A stretch of DNA of 41,337 bases from a virus (lineage: Duplodnaviria; Caudoviricetes), in the IMG/VR virus record IMGVR_UViG_3300013829_000003, positions 1 to 41,337 of that record; one strand, 5' to 3'. How positions within the stretch are numbered: position 1 is the stretch's first letter; each line of letters begins with the position of its first letter. The position numbers and the translations under genes are program-made. The notes under the pieces were generated by a model. The model made no database searches. It had not been told where the DNA came from and saw only the letters and a program-made list of their open reading frames with translations. Shown piece by piece: positions 15,399 through 23,916 of the stretch.

Positions 15399-15734
15399 AT
15401 GACAGGAAGAAAAACTACAATCCGATTTACCCCAGCCGCCCTGCGTGTCGTCCGGGAGTGGGTATCGAGGGGCTGCGACGTCCAAACCATCGTCAACTGC
15501 GGCGTGATGGCATGGGTCCAGACTGACGCTGTCGGCAGGGAAAAGGCTCAATTGGCCGCGTTTGCCGAGGGGAACACCAAGACGGCGGAGATCACAGACC
15601 CGAGCGATTCCGCTCTCGGGGAGCAATTGATTCGCGACGCCGCAGCTCGGTCAGGACTCCCCGCCGAAACCCGGGAGAATAGCGGCGGAGGTGGGCAACG
15701 ATCTCGGCGAGAACCGGGTCGGAAAGCGGGATGA
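15399..15734 (+). CDS. Putative repressor, ribbon-helix-helix-like
   Basis: First divergent gene; RKTTIRFTPAALRVVREW..VQTIVNCGVMAW has a beta-strand/helix/helix pattern; start uncertain. Confidence 0.45.
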   Translation: MTGRKTTIRFTPAALRVVREWVSRGCDVQTIVNCGVMAWVQTDAVGREKAQLAAFAEGNTKTAEITDPSDSALGEQLIRDAAARSGLPAETRENSGGGGQRSRREPGRKAG

Positions 15735-15998
15735 TTCGGGGTGCGTGGGATGCGTGGCGCGTGACACGGTGCATACGGTGGCTCTCAATTCATCAGATCC
15801 TCTGTTGCGCTTTTCCACGCACAACCCGAGCCGCTACATGATTAGGCGTTCTCCCGCGGGCGGTGGTAGATGTAATTTCGAAAAAAAATCATCGTCGTAC
15901 TGTGATTTTTTTTCGGGGATGGGTGTAGAATAGAGGGAAGGCCGCAGGGGCGTCCCCGCGGCCGGGCCGTGGAATCAAAAAAAACGGGAGGTGAGATC

Positions 15999-16379
15999 AT
16001 GCGAGAATGCGTGCGGAGGTTCGTGTGCGTGTTACTGTGCTGGGTTCTGCTGGCCGCCGGCTGCGCGGGGCGGGCGGCGAGTCCCGTACCCATCCATCTG
16101 CCGGGCGATGAGGACCGGCCGACCGCCGCGATCGAGGCGGAGATCCAGCGGATCGACTGGGAGATCACGCAGAAGGCGAGGATTCAGCAAGACACGCTCG
16201 CGACGAATATCGTGCTCGGCGTCACCGGGTTCTTCGTCATTGTCCCCTGGTTTTTTATGAACCTCAAGGACGCCGAGGGCACTGAGATCGAGGCGCTCAA
16301 GCAGCGAAAGACTGCTCTACGGGTGATCCTGGCAGGACGAGCCGCCGACTCGCGGCCGCAGGCCGCGGCGAGGAGATAG
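15999..16379 (+). CDS. Lipoprotein with coiled coil and hydrophobic segment (possible exclusion protein)
   Basis: GGAGGTG RBS; lipobox LAAGC; IVLGVTGFFVIVPWFFM hydrophobic stretch; promoter motif at 15924-15936. Confidence 0.75.
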   Translation: MRECVRRFVCVLLCWVLLAAGCAGRAASPVPIHLPGDEDRPTAAIEAEIQRIDWEITQKARIQQDTLATNIVLGVTGFFVIVPWFFMNLKDAEGTEIEALKQRKTALRVILAGRAADSRPQAAARR

Positions 16380-16468
16380 ATCCCTGATCTGTAAAGCTGG
16401 CCGGAGCCCAGAAGGCCCCGGCCGCTGGTTATGCCCGTCCGCATGAGGTGACGCGGGCGGGCGGATGG

Positions 16469-16750
16469 TCAATCAATGACGCGATATCCAGTCGGCTCCC
16501 CGTAGTAGTATCCGCGGAACTCGATTGCGCGGCGGCCGTCCGGCAGGATGCACAGATAGGTGACTCGCCCGTCGATAATCGGGTTAGGCTCATTGGGGTA
16601 GTCTACAGCGAGGGGCTTACGGGCCTTGCCACCCGTCCCAGATGTCTCAGCCGCAACGCCGAGGACGTTGTTGTTGCCATCGACCCATTCTTCTCGCCCA
16701 TCGCCGCAGGATATCTGTAGCCGTATATCAGGTGTGGTGCTGCTGACCAT
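16469..16750 (-). CDS. Hypothetical protein (moron)
   Basis: Lower-GC segment, protein-like composition; start uncertain. Confidence 0.45.
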   Translation of the reverse strand: MVSSTTPDIRLQISCGDGREEWVDGNNNVLGVAAETSGTGGKARKPLAVDYPNEPNPIIDGRVTYLCILPDGRRAIEFRGYYYGEPTGYRVID

Positions 16751-16834
16751 ATTATTCCGGCAGTCGCGGCCGTAGTTGACCAGGGAGCATGTGTCACCTC
16801 GTCTATTTGGGGTTGGGATTGGTCAGTCAGATGG

Positions 16835-17272
16835 TCAATCGTCCGGTGCGAAATAGTATGCACCGCAGTTGTGACACTGCGTCTCCTCGTGAGAGATAAT
16901 TCGCAGGTTTTTGTGATGTCCGGTTTCGCGAGCTTCTCGGCAATAGACGCACGCGTCATGGCGTTCATTCCTGAGGATTGCGGAAATATCCAAACCAGCG
17001 TGCTCGGCACGTTCGATGAGGCTCGTTTCCTCGTTTTCCAGGCCGCGGGCTGTGAGCCATCCGATCTCCTGCGGGCCATCCATAACAGGCTGTCCGTTCC
17101 GGCGGGGCAAACTCACTACCATTGGTCGAGGCTCAATACCCACCTGTGCCGCCAATTCCACGCAGTGGAGAAACTCATCTATGGCACTCTGGGAGGGGCC
17201 ACTGTATCCATGCTGATGGGCTCTGCTCGCCAACTCCATGATCTGTTGACGCAATGCTGTCACGTTTGCCAT
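16835..17272 (-). CDS. Hypothetical protein with C-terminal CxxC..CxxC (moron)
   Basis: GAGGTG RBS; CVYC...CHNC; AT-rich upstream region. Confidence 0.7.
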   Translation of the reverse strand: MANVTALRQQIMELASRAHQHGYSGPSQSAIDEFLHCVELAAQVGIEPRPMVVSLPRRNGQPVMDGPQEIGWLTARGLENEETSLIERAEHAGLDISAILRNERHDACVYCREARETGHHKNLRIISHEETQCHNCGAYYFAPDD

Positions 17273-17430
17273 GTTTCACCTCATATTCAGATTTGGTTTC
17301 CAACCTGATGGCCACCACAGCCACCACTACTATGATAGATGCATGGGCTGGTGGAATAATCACGCAAAATGGAAAAAATAAAAAAATACATGGGTCATTC
17401 AACCGCCAAACCTCACAAATCAAGCCCCTC

Positions 17431-17461
17431 TTCTCGGTGCCCTCTGTGCCTCTGTGGTGAA
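17431..17461 (-). repeat. Period-9 repeat at the edge of the low-GC moron
   Basis: TTCACCACAGAGGCACAGAGGGCACCGAGAA. Confidence 0.85.
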
Positions 17462-17642
17462 GTTTCCCTTGCTTCACGGTCATGGATCGGGTATATTTTA
17501 GCTGGATTACCGAGGTTTGTCTGATTTTTCTTGCGAGATAGGCGTCGTAGAGATAGTAGAGGCTGGAGGCCGGAGGTTGGGCGATTGGAGCGTATCCCAC
17601 GCCCGCCAAGGACCGGTAACAGCCGGCTTGCGGAGGCACATC

Positions 17643-17804
17643 ATGATCGCAGCGGAGAGTACCCTGATTGGTTGGGTCGCGGCGTGCGTATTCTGCGCGG
17701 CCGTGGCCGGGATGATCGCCGTCGGCATCTGGCTCGCCAGGCGGGTCGATGACCGACGGGTCGCGAGGATGATCGAGGGGAGGGGCGACCCATGGCGCCG
17801 ATAA
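17643..17804 (+). CDS. Small single-TM membrane protein
   Basis: GGAGG RBS; LIGWVAACVFCAAVAGMIAVGIWL. Confidence 0.55.
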   Translation: MIAAESTLIGWVAACVFCAAVAGMIAVGIWLARRVDDRRVARMIEGRGDPWRR

Positions 17805-17977
17805 AACGCCGCCGGATCCGCGTACACGCCGCCTGGCTGCTCCTGCCCGCCACGCTGGGGCCCGGGGCCCTGATCGCACTCCAGGAGGCCTGCTATACGC
17901 TCGCCGCCCTGCTGGCGATGGCCGCGGCCGTGGCCGCCACGATCGGCGCAGCCACAGTCCGCACAGTCTGGCGCTAG
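17792..17977 (+). CDS. Small membrane protein
   Basis: Basic N-terminus plus two hydrophobic segments; overlaps the upstream gene. Confidence 0.5.
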   Translation: MAPIKRRRIRVHAAWLLLPATLGPGALIALQEACYTLAALLAMAAAVAATIGAATVRTVWR

Positions 17978-18106
17978 CTGGGATACGAGGGATGCCCGGG
18001 CTGCTCGCGAGATGCCCTTCTCCTGTGCTCGGGCGCCCTCCATATTTTTTTACGAATTCGAAGAAAAAAACCGGAATCGCGCGATGAAAACACCCGCTCG
18101 TGCGTT

Positions 18107-18121
18107 TGTATAATAGAGGCG
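18107..18121 (+). promoter_or_regulatory. Shared -10 promoter motif TGTATAATAGAGGCG
   Basis: Exact match to the motif upstream of int. Confidence 0.7.
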
Positions 18122-18173
18122 GCTGTGGTGGCCGCCGAAGAGAGCATACATCAGAGATTAGGAGGTAGAGATT

Positions 18174-18485
18174 ATGACACAAAAATACGAGCACGCCGTT
18201 CGCGAACTGAACCGAATCGAACGCATGACACTGCCCGAGCTACGCGCCGCGTGCAAGGCATGTGGATTCCGCGCAGACGGGTCACGGTCTGCCCTCAGGA
18301 GCCGTCTGCGGCTGGAACATCTGGCAGACGCCCAACACCGGGCACTATGTGATAGCGACGGGTACAGCCCAGAACACTGCGTCTGTGGGTCTGTCATAGA
18401 CGATGGGCCGAATGAGAGTGGTCGTCGCACCCGAACGTGTCGCGACTCCGGGGTTTCACTCGGCAGTTATCCGACAACGTGTTAG
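18174..18485 (+). CDS. SAP-domain DNA-binding protein with Cys-rich C-terminus
   Basis: IERMTLPELRAACKACGFRADGSRSALRSRL matches the SAP consensus; AGGAGGT RBS. Confidence 0.75.
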   Translation: MTQKYEHAVRELNRIERMTLPELRAACKACGFRADGSRSALRSRLRLEHLADAQHRALCDSDGYSPEHCVCGSVIDDGPNESGRRTRTCRDSGVSLGSYPTTC

Positions 18486-18497
18486 CTGACTGACATC

Positions 18498-18539
18498 CTG
18501 CCGGGGCTGGGCTGGGATCTGGCCCCGGCAGAGCTTTTT
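18498..18539. terminator. Hairpin terminator between the convergent SAP and tail genes
   Basis: CTGCCGGGGC/GCCCCGGCAG stem followed by AGCTTTTT on plus. Confidence 0.6.
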
Positions 18540-18746
18540 CTACCCCGTCAGGAGCAGCTCCGTCCGCATCGCGACGAACGCACCGTCTGAGACCCGGTGC
18601 GTGGCGTCCGTGACGTGGACGCCCTCCGGGATCTCGAGCGTGGATTCCTGGGCCGTCTGGTCGTCGGCCAGGTCCTGGCGGCGGCTCGTGCCGCAGACCC
18701 GGATGATCCGGCCGTCGGCGATGTTGTAGACTGCGTAGCGAATCAT
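18540..18746 (-). CDS. Small tail-associated protein (fibre chaperone-like)
   Basis: ATGA overlap with the J-like gene; YAVYNIADGRII..THRVSDG. Confidence 0.65.
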   Translation of the reverse strand: MIRYAVYNIADGRIIRVCGTSRRQDLADDQTAQESTLEIPEGVHVTDATHRVSDGAFVAMRTELLLTG

Positions 18747-21700
18747 TTGCGATGTTCCTCAACGCTAATTAATCGCCGTTGGGCGTCGCCCTCGGCGACG
18801 GCTCCCTGGACCTCCAGCGTGTAGGTGTAGGTTCCCGCGCCGGGCTGGTCGAGGAACTGGAAATACTCGACGCCGTACGATGTGGTCGCCCCGCGATTGG
18901 CGCTGTAGATCGTGGTCGTGCCCCGTCGAATGCGGCACTGGACCGTGCCCGCCGAATCCAGTTTCAATTCAGCCTGGGCATTGATCCGGACCAGGCCGCC
19001 GTAGCTGACGAAACTGCTCGCCGTCTGGATCACCGTGTAGCTGCCCGTTCCAAAACTGGCCGCGCCGGAGGTGTAGGCCTCTTTGAAACTCGTCGCCGCG
19101 CCGTTGGCCAGCGACGCCGACTCGATGCTCAGGGCCTTGACTTTGTCCCCGTAGATCACGATGGCCCCGGAGTCCAGGGCGACCACCTTCGTCCAGGTCG
19201 AGCCGCCGTCCGTCGAGCATTCAATCCCGCTATTGCTCATCCTTAATTTCCGCGAGGCGTCGAGCGAGTTGGTCAGCGTCGCGGACAGCGCCGACAGGTC
19301 GTCCACCGCGATCTGATCGGCGGAGATCGAGGAGGCGACAATCAGGGCGCCGTTGAGCACCTTGCAGAACTGGGACGGCGAGAACGTCCCGGAGTCGTTG
19401 ATGCCCACAATGAATTTGCCCGTGCCCATCGCGTCGCTCAGACTGCTCGATGCGTAGAGCTGCGTCTTCGTCGCCCCGGCGTTCCAGTACAGGTACTTGG
19501 CGTTCGTATTGCCCGCCGCGACCGTGTAGGAGGCGCCTTGATACCGCACGCTAAAAGAGCCCCATGCGACGTACCCGGCCGAGGGACTGTTGTTTGTGAA
19601 TCCGCCCTCCCAGCCGCCGGACGGCTGGGCAAAATCCGATGTGATCGCGTCTTCGACCGCGGCGATCTGGGCGGCGGTCATTCGCTTGTAGGTCGTGCCC
19701 TCCTGGATATTGTCGAGCGTGATCGCCGATAAATCGGTCGCCCCGAATCCGACGATGGGCGTTCCGGCGTTGTTTTTCGCGACGACGAATTTCCCGGCCA
19801 GCGCCGCCGGATCGCTCGTTGTGGAAAAGGCGGTCGGATGGGCCGGGTCCCAATAGACCCAGGTCGCCGTCGTGCCGCTGGCGTTGTCGGCCGGCGTGTA
19901 GGTCGTACCGAGATACCGCACGTAGCCGCAGGCCTCGCCCGCCTCATCGTCGTCCGCCGACCACATGATCTTACTCGACCCATCGCCGGTGAATGTGTAG
20001 TTGCCCCACTCGAACGCCGTCTTGGGCGTCGTCGTGGCCAGGTCCAGCGTCGAGGCCTCCAGCGGCGAGGTCCGCACGCCCGCGTAGCGGCTCACCCGGT
20101 CCATCGCCGCCGCCGGGATGGGGATGCCCGGGGCCAGGGCGTCGAGGTCGTCGAGGGCCGCCGCGTAGCGCAGGAAGGAGATATCGGCGTGCATCCGCTC
20201 GTCGAAGCGAATATCCGTGATCTCGAACTGATCGTCCGTCAGCAGATCGGCCGGGCCGAAGAGGAACACATCGCCCGACGACGGCTGCTGCGTCCAGGAG
20301 CCGGCGATTGTCAGCGTCAGGCCGTCGGAGGCGACGGTCGCCGCCTGCTGCTCCAGCGACTGGACGCCCGTCGAGGGGTTGCGGACCTGGACGACCACGA
20401 CGTCGTCGGCGGTGACCAGCTCGGTCACGGGCCGGTCGAGGACCACGCCGGTCGCCGAGGCCGAGACGATCCGGCCGCCCTGGCTACGGCCGTCGATCTG
20501 GCAGTAGACCACGTCCCCCGCCTCGTAGACCGCGGCGTCGATATCGCACCGACAGCCGCCGGAGGTGTCCACCAGGCGGTTGCGGGCCAGCTCGCGGCGG
20601 CCCAGGCGGGCCACCTCGTGACGCCGCGTCGCCGCCGCCAGGTCGAGCGAGACCTTGGTCAAGAGGTTGCTCGCCTCGGGATCGACCAGACTCAGCGAGC
20701 GGTCCGCCCAGGAGGCGTTGGCGTCGCGGAACGAGATGGCGACCTCGCCCGCGAGATTGCCGTGGGGGATCGGGACCATCGAGATCGAGCCCCGCTCGCA
20801 GTTGCCGTCGCAGAGGAGGCCCACCGGCGTGCGGGGCGAATCGGTCCAGAGTCCGAAGTCGCGGCCGATGTAGGCCAGGCCGCATCGGCCGCTGGCGCCG
20901 ACCGCGTCGATGGCGTCGTAGACGCTCGTCTCGTGGTCGCAGACCACATCGCAGCGGAGCATCTCGACGTTGTTGCCGAGGCCGTCCGGGACGAGCGTGT
21001 CGGCCAGCGTCTTCTGCGCCGACCAGCCCGCGCCCGTCAGTCGCGAGGGATCGACGCCCCGGTAGTGGCTCGCCGTCCAGGGGTCGGTCTCCGTGCCGGC
21101 CCCCTCGATCACGGGCTGCGTGAGGATGTCGCGGATGGCGTCCGCATGATAGCGGCTCGTGCCGAATCCGCCGCTGCCGTCGGCGACGATCTGACCCGTC
21201 GTCACGACGCTCAGTTCCGAGATGCCGTTCGCGATCGACTCGGTGGGCAGCAGGCCCAGGCTCAGCAGGACCATGCCCGGGTGTCGGAACGCCACGTTGC
21301 GGCGGGCCTGGACGCTGATGAACTCGACGTCCCGGATGTGCCGCGAGTTCGTGCTGATCGTACTGGTCAGCGTGACGCGGACCCGGGGCTGCATCGTCGA
21401 GGTAATCGTCAGCGGCGAGCCGCCCGTGTACGTGCCCGAGGAGACGAATTTCAGCCAGGCGGCCTGCGCCGTCTCGCCGCTGACCTCGCCGTTGAAGATC
21501 GTCTGCCAGGTATCCGCGACCGCATCGCCCATCTCGATCTTCAGCGACACGGGCTCGCTGTGTTTGTCGCCGTCCGTGCCGTAGTGGATCAGGCCATTGG
21601 GGAATTTCAGGTGCACCTCGATCTCATCGTAGCCCGTCCAGGGCAGGGTCTGCGTCACGGGTTTGTTGTATTCGAGCGATTCGCCGACGTTGTAGTCCTG

Positions 21701-22171
21701 TCGAAACGTCGTCCAGTCGTCGAGGGCGGTCTGGTCCACCGTGCCCAGCCGCCAGTCGGTGGTCACGCCGGTGAAGTCGCTGAACGGCCGGTCGTTGATT
21801 CGAAGCGTGTCCTCGTCCGGTTGCTCGATGGGACCGGCGCCGAAGCAGGCCAGGACGACCCGCGTCACGGCGCTGTTGGCCACGATCGTGTTGGCCGCGC
21901 CGATCACGAGATAGTGCCCGACGATATTGGCATGAACTCGATTCGTACCGTAGGACGCCTGGATCGCGCCGCCCTGGCCCTCCGTCGTCTGCGGACTCCA
22001 GACGTGCGTATCGGCGTTCTCGCCGTCGCTCGATGAATTCTGGAGGGCCTGGTTGAGCAGATACGAGGCGCCGACCATGATGGCCGTGCGGGCCGCTAAC
22101 GCCCAGATGCTCGCGCCTTTCGCCACCCACACCGCCGCCTGCCAGACCGCCGCTAAAATCGCTCCGATCAC
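18743..22171 (-). CDS. Tail tip / host-specificity protein (lambda gpJ-like)
   Basis: 1142 aa; YGTNRV, FGAGPI, INDRPF, LGTVDQ, FPNGL, GDVVY motifs; last large gene of the tail operon. Confidence 0.88.
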   Translation of the reverse strand: MIGAILAAVWQAAVWVAKGASIWALAARTAIMVGASYLLNQALQNSSSDGENADTHVWSPQTTEGQGGAIQASYGTNRVHANIVGHYLVIGAANTIVANSAVTRVVLACFGAGPIEQPDEDTLRINDRPFSDFTGVTTDWRLGTVDQTALDDWTTFRQDYNVGESLEYNKPVTQTLPWTGYDEIEVHLKFPNGLIHYGTDGDKHSEPVSLKIEMGDAVADTWQTIFNGEVSGETAQAAWLKFVSSGTYTGGSPLTITSTMQPRVRVTLTSTISTNSRHIRDVEFISVQARRNVAFRHPGMVLLSLGLLPTESIANGISELSVVTTGQIVADGSGGFGTSRYHADAIRDILTQPVIEGAGTETDPWTASHYRGVDPSRLTGAGWSAQKTLADTLVPDGLGNNVEMLRCDVVCDHETSVYDAIDAVGASGRCGLAYIGRDFGLWTDSPRTPVGLLCDGNCERGSISMVPIPHGNLAGEVAISFRDANASWADRSLSLVDPEASNLLTKVSLDLAAATRRHEVARLGRRELARNRLVDTSGGCRCDIDAAVYEAGDVVYCQIDGRSQGGRIVSASATGVVLDRPVTELVTADDVVVVQVRNPSTGVQSLEQQAATVASDGLTLTIAGSWTQQPSSGDVFLFGPADLLTDDQFEITDIRFDERMHADISFLRYAAALDDLDALAPGIPIPAAAMDRVSRYAGVRTSPLEASTLDLATTTPKTAFEWGNYTFTGDGSSKIMWSADDDEAGEACGYVRYLGTTYTPADNASGTTATWVYWDPAHPTAFSTTSDPAALAGKFVVAKNNAGTPIVGFGATDLSAITLDNIQEGTTYKRMTAAQIAAVEDAITSDFAQPSGGWEGGFTNNSPSAGYVAWGSFSVRYQGASYTVAAGNTNAKYLYWNAGATKTQLYASSSLSDAMGTGKFIVGINDSGTFSPSQFCKVLNGALIVASSISADQIAVDDLSALSATLTNSLDASRKLRMSNSGIECSTDGGSTWTKVVALDSGAIVIYGDKVKALSIESASLANGAATSFKEAYTSGAASFGTGSYTVIQTASSFVSYGGLVRINAQAELKLDSAGTVQCRIRRGTTTIYSANRGATTSYGVEYFQFLDQPGAGTYTYTLEVQGAVAEGDAQRRLISVEEHRK

Positions 22172-22183
22172 AACGCACCTCCA

Positions 22184-22816
22184 TCAGACCATGGGCAAAA
22201 CCAGTTTCGCGCCGTCCTCGTCCAGGCCGAGGAACCCGCCGAAATTCGCGACGTTGCCCAGCGACTCGCAGGTCGCGTAGGCCCCGTCGCAGCTCGTCTC
22301 GGCGCCGGAGTAGCCGCAGCGTGGGTCCGTCTTGAAGCCCCGGACGTAGGGACACTGGTAGGCCCAGTACAGATCGCAGGGGAATCGCAGCTTCGTCGGG
22401 TTCGGGCCCCCGAGCTCCATCGCGATCCGCTCTTCCTGCGGGACGGCGGTCAGGATGTCGTAGGTCGCCGTGCTCCACGTGTAGTCGAGAGCCGGCTCGG
22501 CGACGCAGATCACGCGGATCGCCAGCGTGCAGCCGCGAAACCAGTTGCTCGCGATCGCGTAGGGCCGCAGCCAGCGAACCGCGTCCTCGATCGTCAGCGA
22601 CGCCGTCTGCACCTCGCCCGAGGTACTGCCAAACGAGAGTTTCGCCTCGAACGGCCAGGCCGTGAACACAGCGCCGCCGTAGGTCACATCCGATGTGTAC
22701 CGGGCGAACCGCAGGTGGGTGGCGTCCGGCATCGTGAAGTCCAACAGGACGACGAACGCCGAGGCGATGGCGTCCGAGGCGAACAGGTCGAGCAGCGTCT
22801 TGGATACGGTTCTCAT
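22184..22816 (-). CDS. Tail tip protein, lambda gpL-like
   Basis: C-terminal C..Y....CGYSG...CD.....C...NFGGF cysteine cluster; position before J. Confidence 0.8.
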   Translation of the reverse strand: MRTVSKTLLDLFASDAIASAFVVLLDFTMPDATHLRFARYTSDVTYGGAVFTAWPFEAKLSFGSTSGEVQTASLTIEDAVRWLRPYAIASNWFRGCTLAIRVICVAEPALDYTWSTATYDILTAVPQEERIAMELGGPNPTKLRFPCDLYWAYQCPYVRGFKTDPRCGYSGAETSCDGAYATCESLGNVANFGGFLGLDEDGAKLVLPMV

Positions 22817-22825
22817 GGGGACACC

Positions 22826-22860
22826 CGTGGAAGCGTGGAAGCGTGGAAGCGTGGAAGCGT
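22826..22860. repeat. 8-bp tandem repeat (CGTGGAAG)x4.4
   Basis: Fills the spacer between the Dit-LamG stop and the gpL-like start. Confidence 0.9.
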
Positions 22861-23915
22861 CATGGTACGATTACCTCCTCCGTGCCGGAGCCGCTGTTGT
22901 AGATCGCCCGGATCTCCTGCGCGGAGAGCGGCCGCTTGTAGATCCGGACATCGTCTAAACAGCCGCAGAAGAACCCCGAAGTGGTCGTATAGCCACCCAG
23001 GATTAGAGCTGTTGTAGTCACTGGCGGGAGAGTTGCGTCTCCGGTCAGGACTGTGGCGTCAACACCATCGATGTAGATCTTCCGTCCGTCGCCGCTGAAC
23101 GACACGGCGACGTGCCGCCATGTCCCCGAGACGAGCGCATCGGCGGCCGATGTGACGGGCGAGGCGGTCGGCTTGGGCCGGAACCCGAGCTGACCGCCGG
23201 AATTATTCATAAAAACGTAGTAGCCGCCATACTTCCCGAATAACCGTGGATTCTGAACGCCTGATACAACGAAGGTCCCATCCCATTTAGCCCACAGACA
23301 GATCGTGCCTCCGTCCGCCAGGTCGAGGTCGTCATGGTCCGGAACGCTCACGTAGCGGCTGGAGGCCGTCACGAACTCCAGGGCGGTTCCGACCTTGCCC
23401 GCGGCGGTCATCGTGTCCGTGGTGGCCGAGGCGGTCCCCGTGTGGCCGTTGCCCGTGGCGTCCACGACGGCCGTCGTCGCCGCGTTGTCGTTCATCTTCC
23501 AATGGGCGACCAGCGTCTCGACCGCAACGGTCGGCAGGACCGGCAGCAGCGTCATCGCCGCGTCGTACCGGTCCAGGAGCTGCGACGACGGCGCGATGTC
23601 CGGCGGGGTCGCCGGATCGAATCGGCATTCGTAGGTGGCGAATGCGCTCGCCGCGAAGGGACTGGTTTTCGGGTCGGACCAGTAGAAGGTCGCAGCGCGG
23701 TTCGCGAGATAGAATGACCACAGCGTACTCGCATCGGCCTGTGTCAGACCCTGGAACTGGAGGTCCACCGCCCAGATCGCCTGACCGAGTTCCGCCCTCG
23801 TCCGCAGGATGCCTGAACCCAGCATCAGCGAGGCGACGCCGCCATCGGTCGTCCGCCAGCGTGGGGAGTCCCCGGCGTAGGGGCGAGTCATCGCGTGGTA
23901 GGGAAATGTGTTCAT
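22860..23915 (-). CDS. Distal tail protein (gpM-like) fused to a LamG/ConA-like domain
   Basis: Follows TMP; LWSFY..FYWSDP N-domain; LVAHWKMN, WRHVAV, IYIDG, LDDVRIYKRPLS LamG motifs. Confidence 0.8.
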   Translation of the reverse strand: MNTFPYHAMTRPYAGDSPRWRTTDGGVASLMLGSGILRTRAELGQAIWAVDLQFQGLTQADASTLWSFYLANRAATFYWSDPKTSPFAASAFATYECRFDPATPPDIAPSSQLLDRYDAAMTLLPVLPTVAVETLVAHWKMNDNAATTAVVDATGNGHTGTASATTDTMTAAGKVGTALEFVTASSRYVSVPDHDDLDLADGGTICLWAKWDGTFVVSGVQNPRLFGKYGGYYVFMNNSGGQLGFRPKPTASPVTSAADALVSGTWRHVAVSFSGDGRKIYIDGVDATVLTGDATLPPVTTTALILGGYTTTSGFFCGCLDDVRIYKRPLSAQEIRAIYNSGSGTEEVIVP

Positions 23916-23916
23916 A

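Noticed and set aside
19838-22036. Long plus-strand ORFs (732 aa here; also 24556-26463, 34728-36854, 39037-40446)
   Set aside because: Antisense shadows of high-GC minus-strand genes with clear phage motifs
22950-23310. DGR variable region in the Dit-LamG domain (locally AT-richer codons)
   Set aside because: No reverse transcriptase and no template repeat differing only at adenines was seen; more likely a swapped segment
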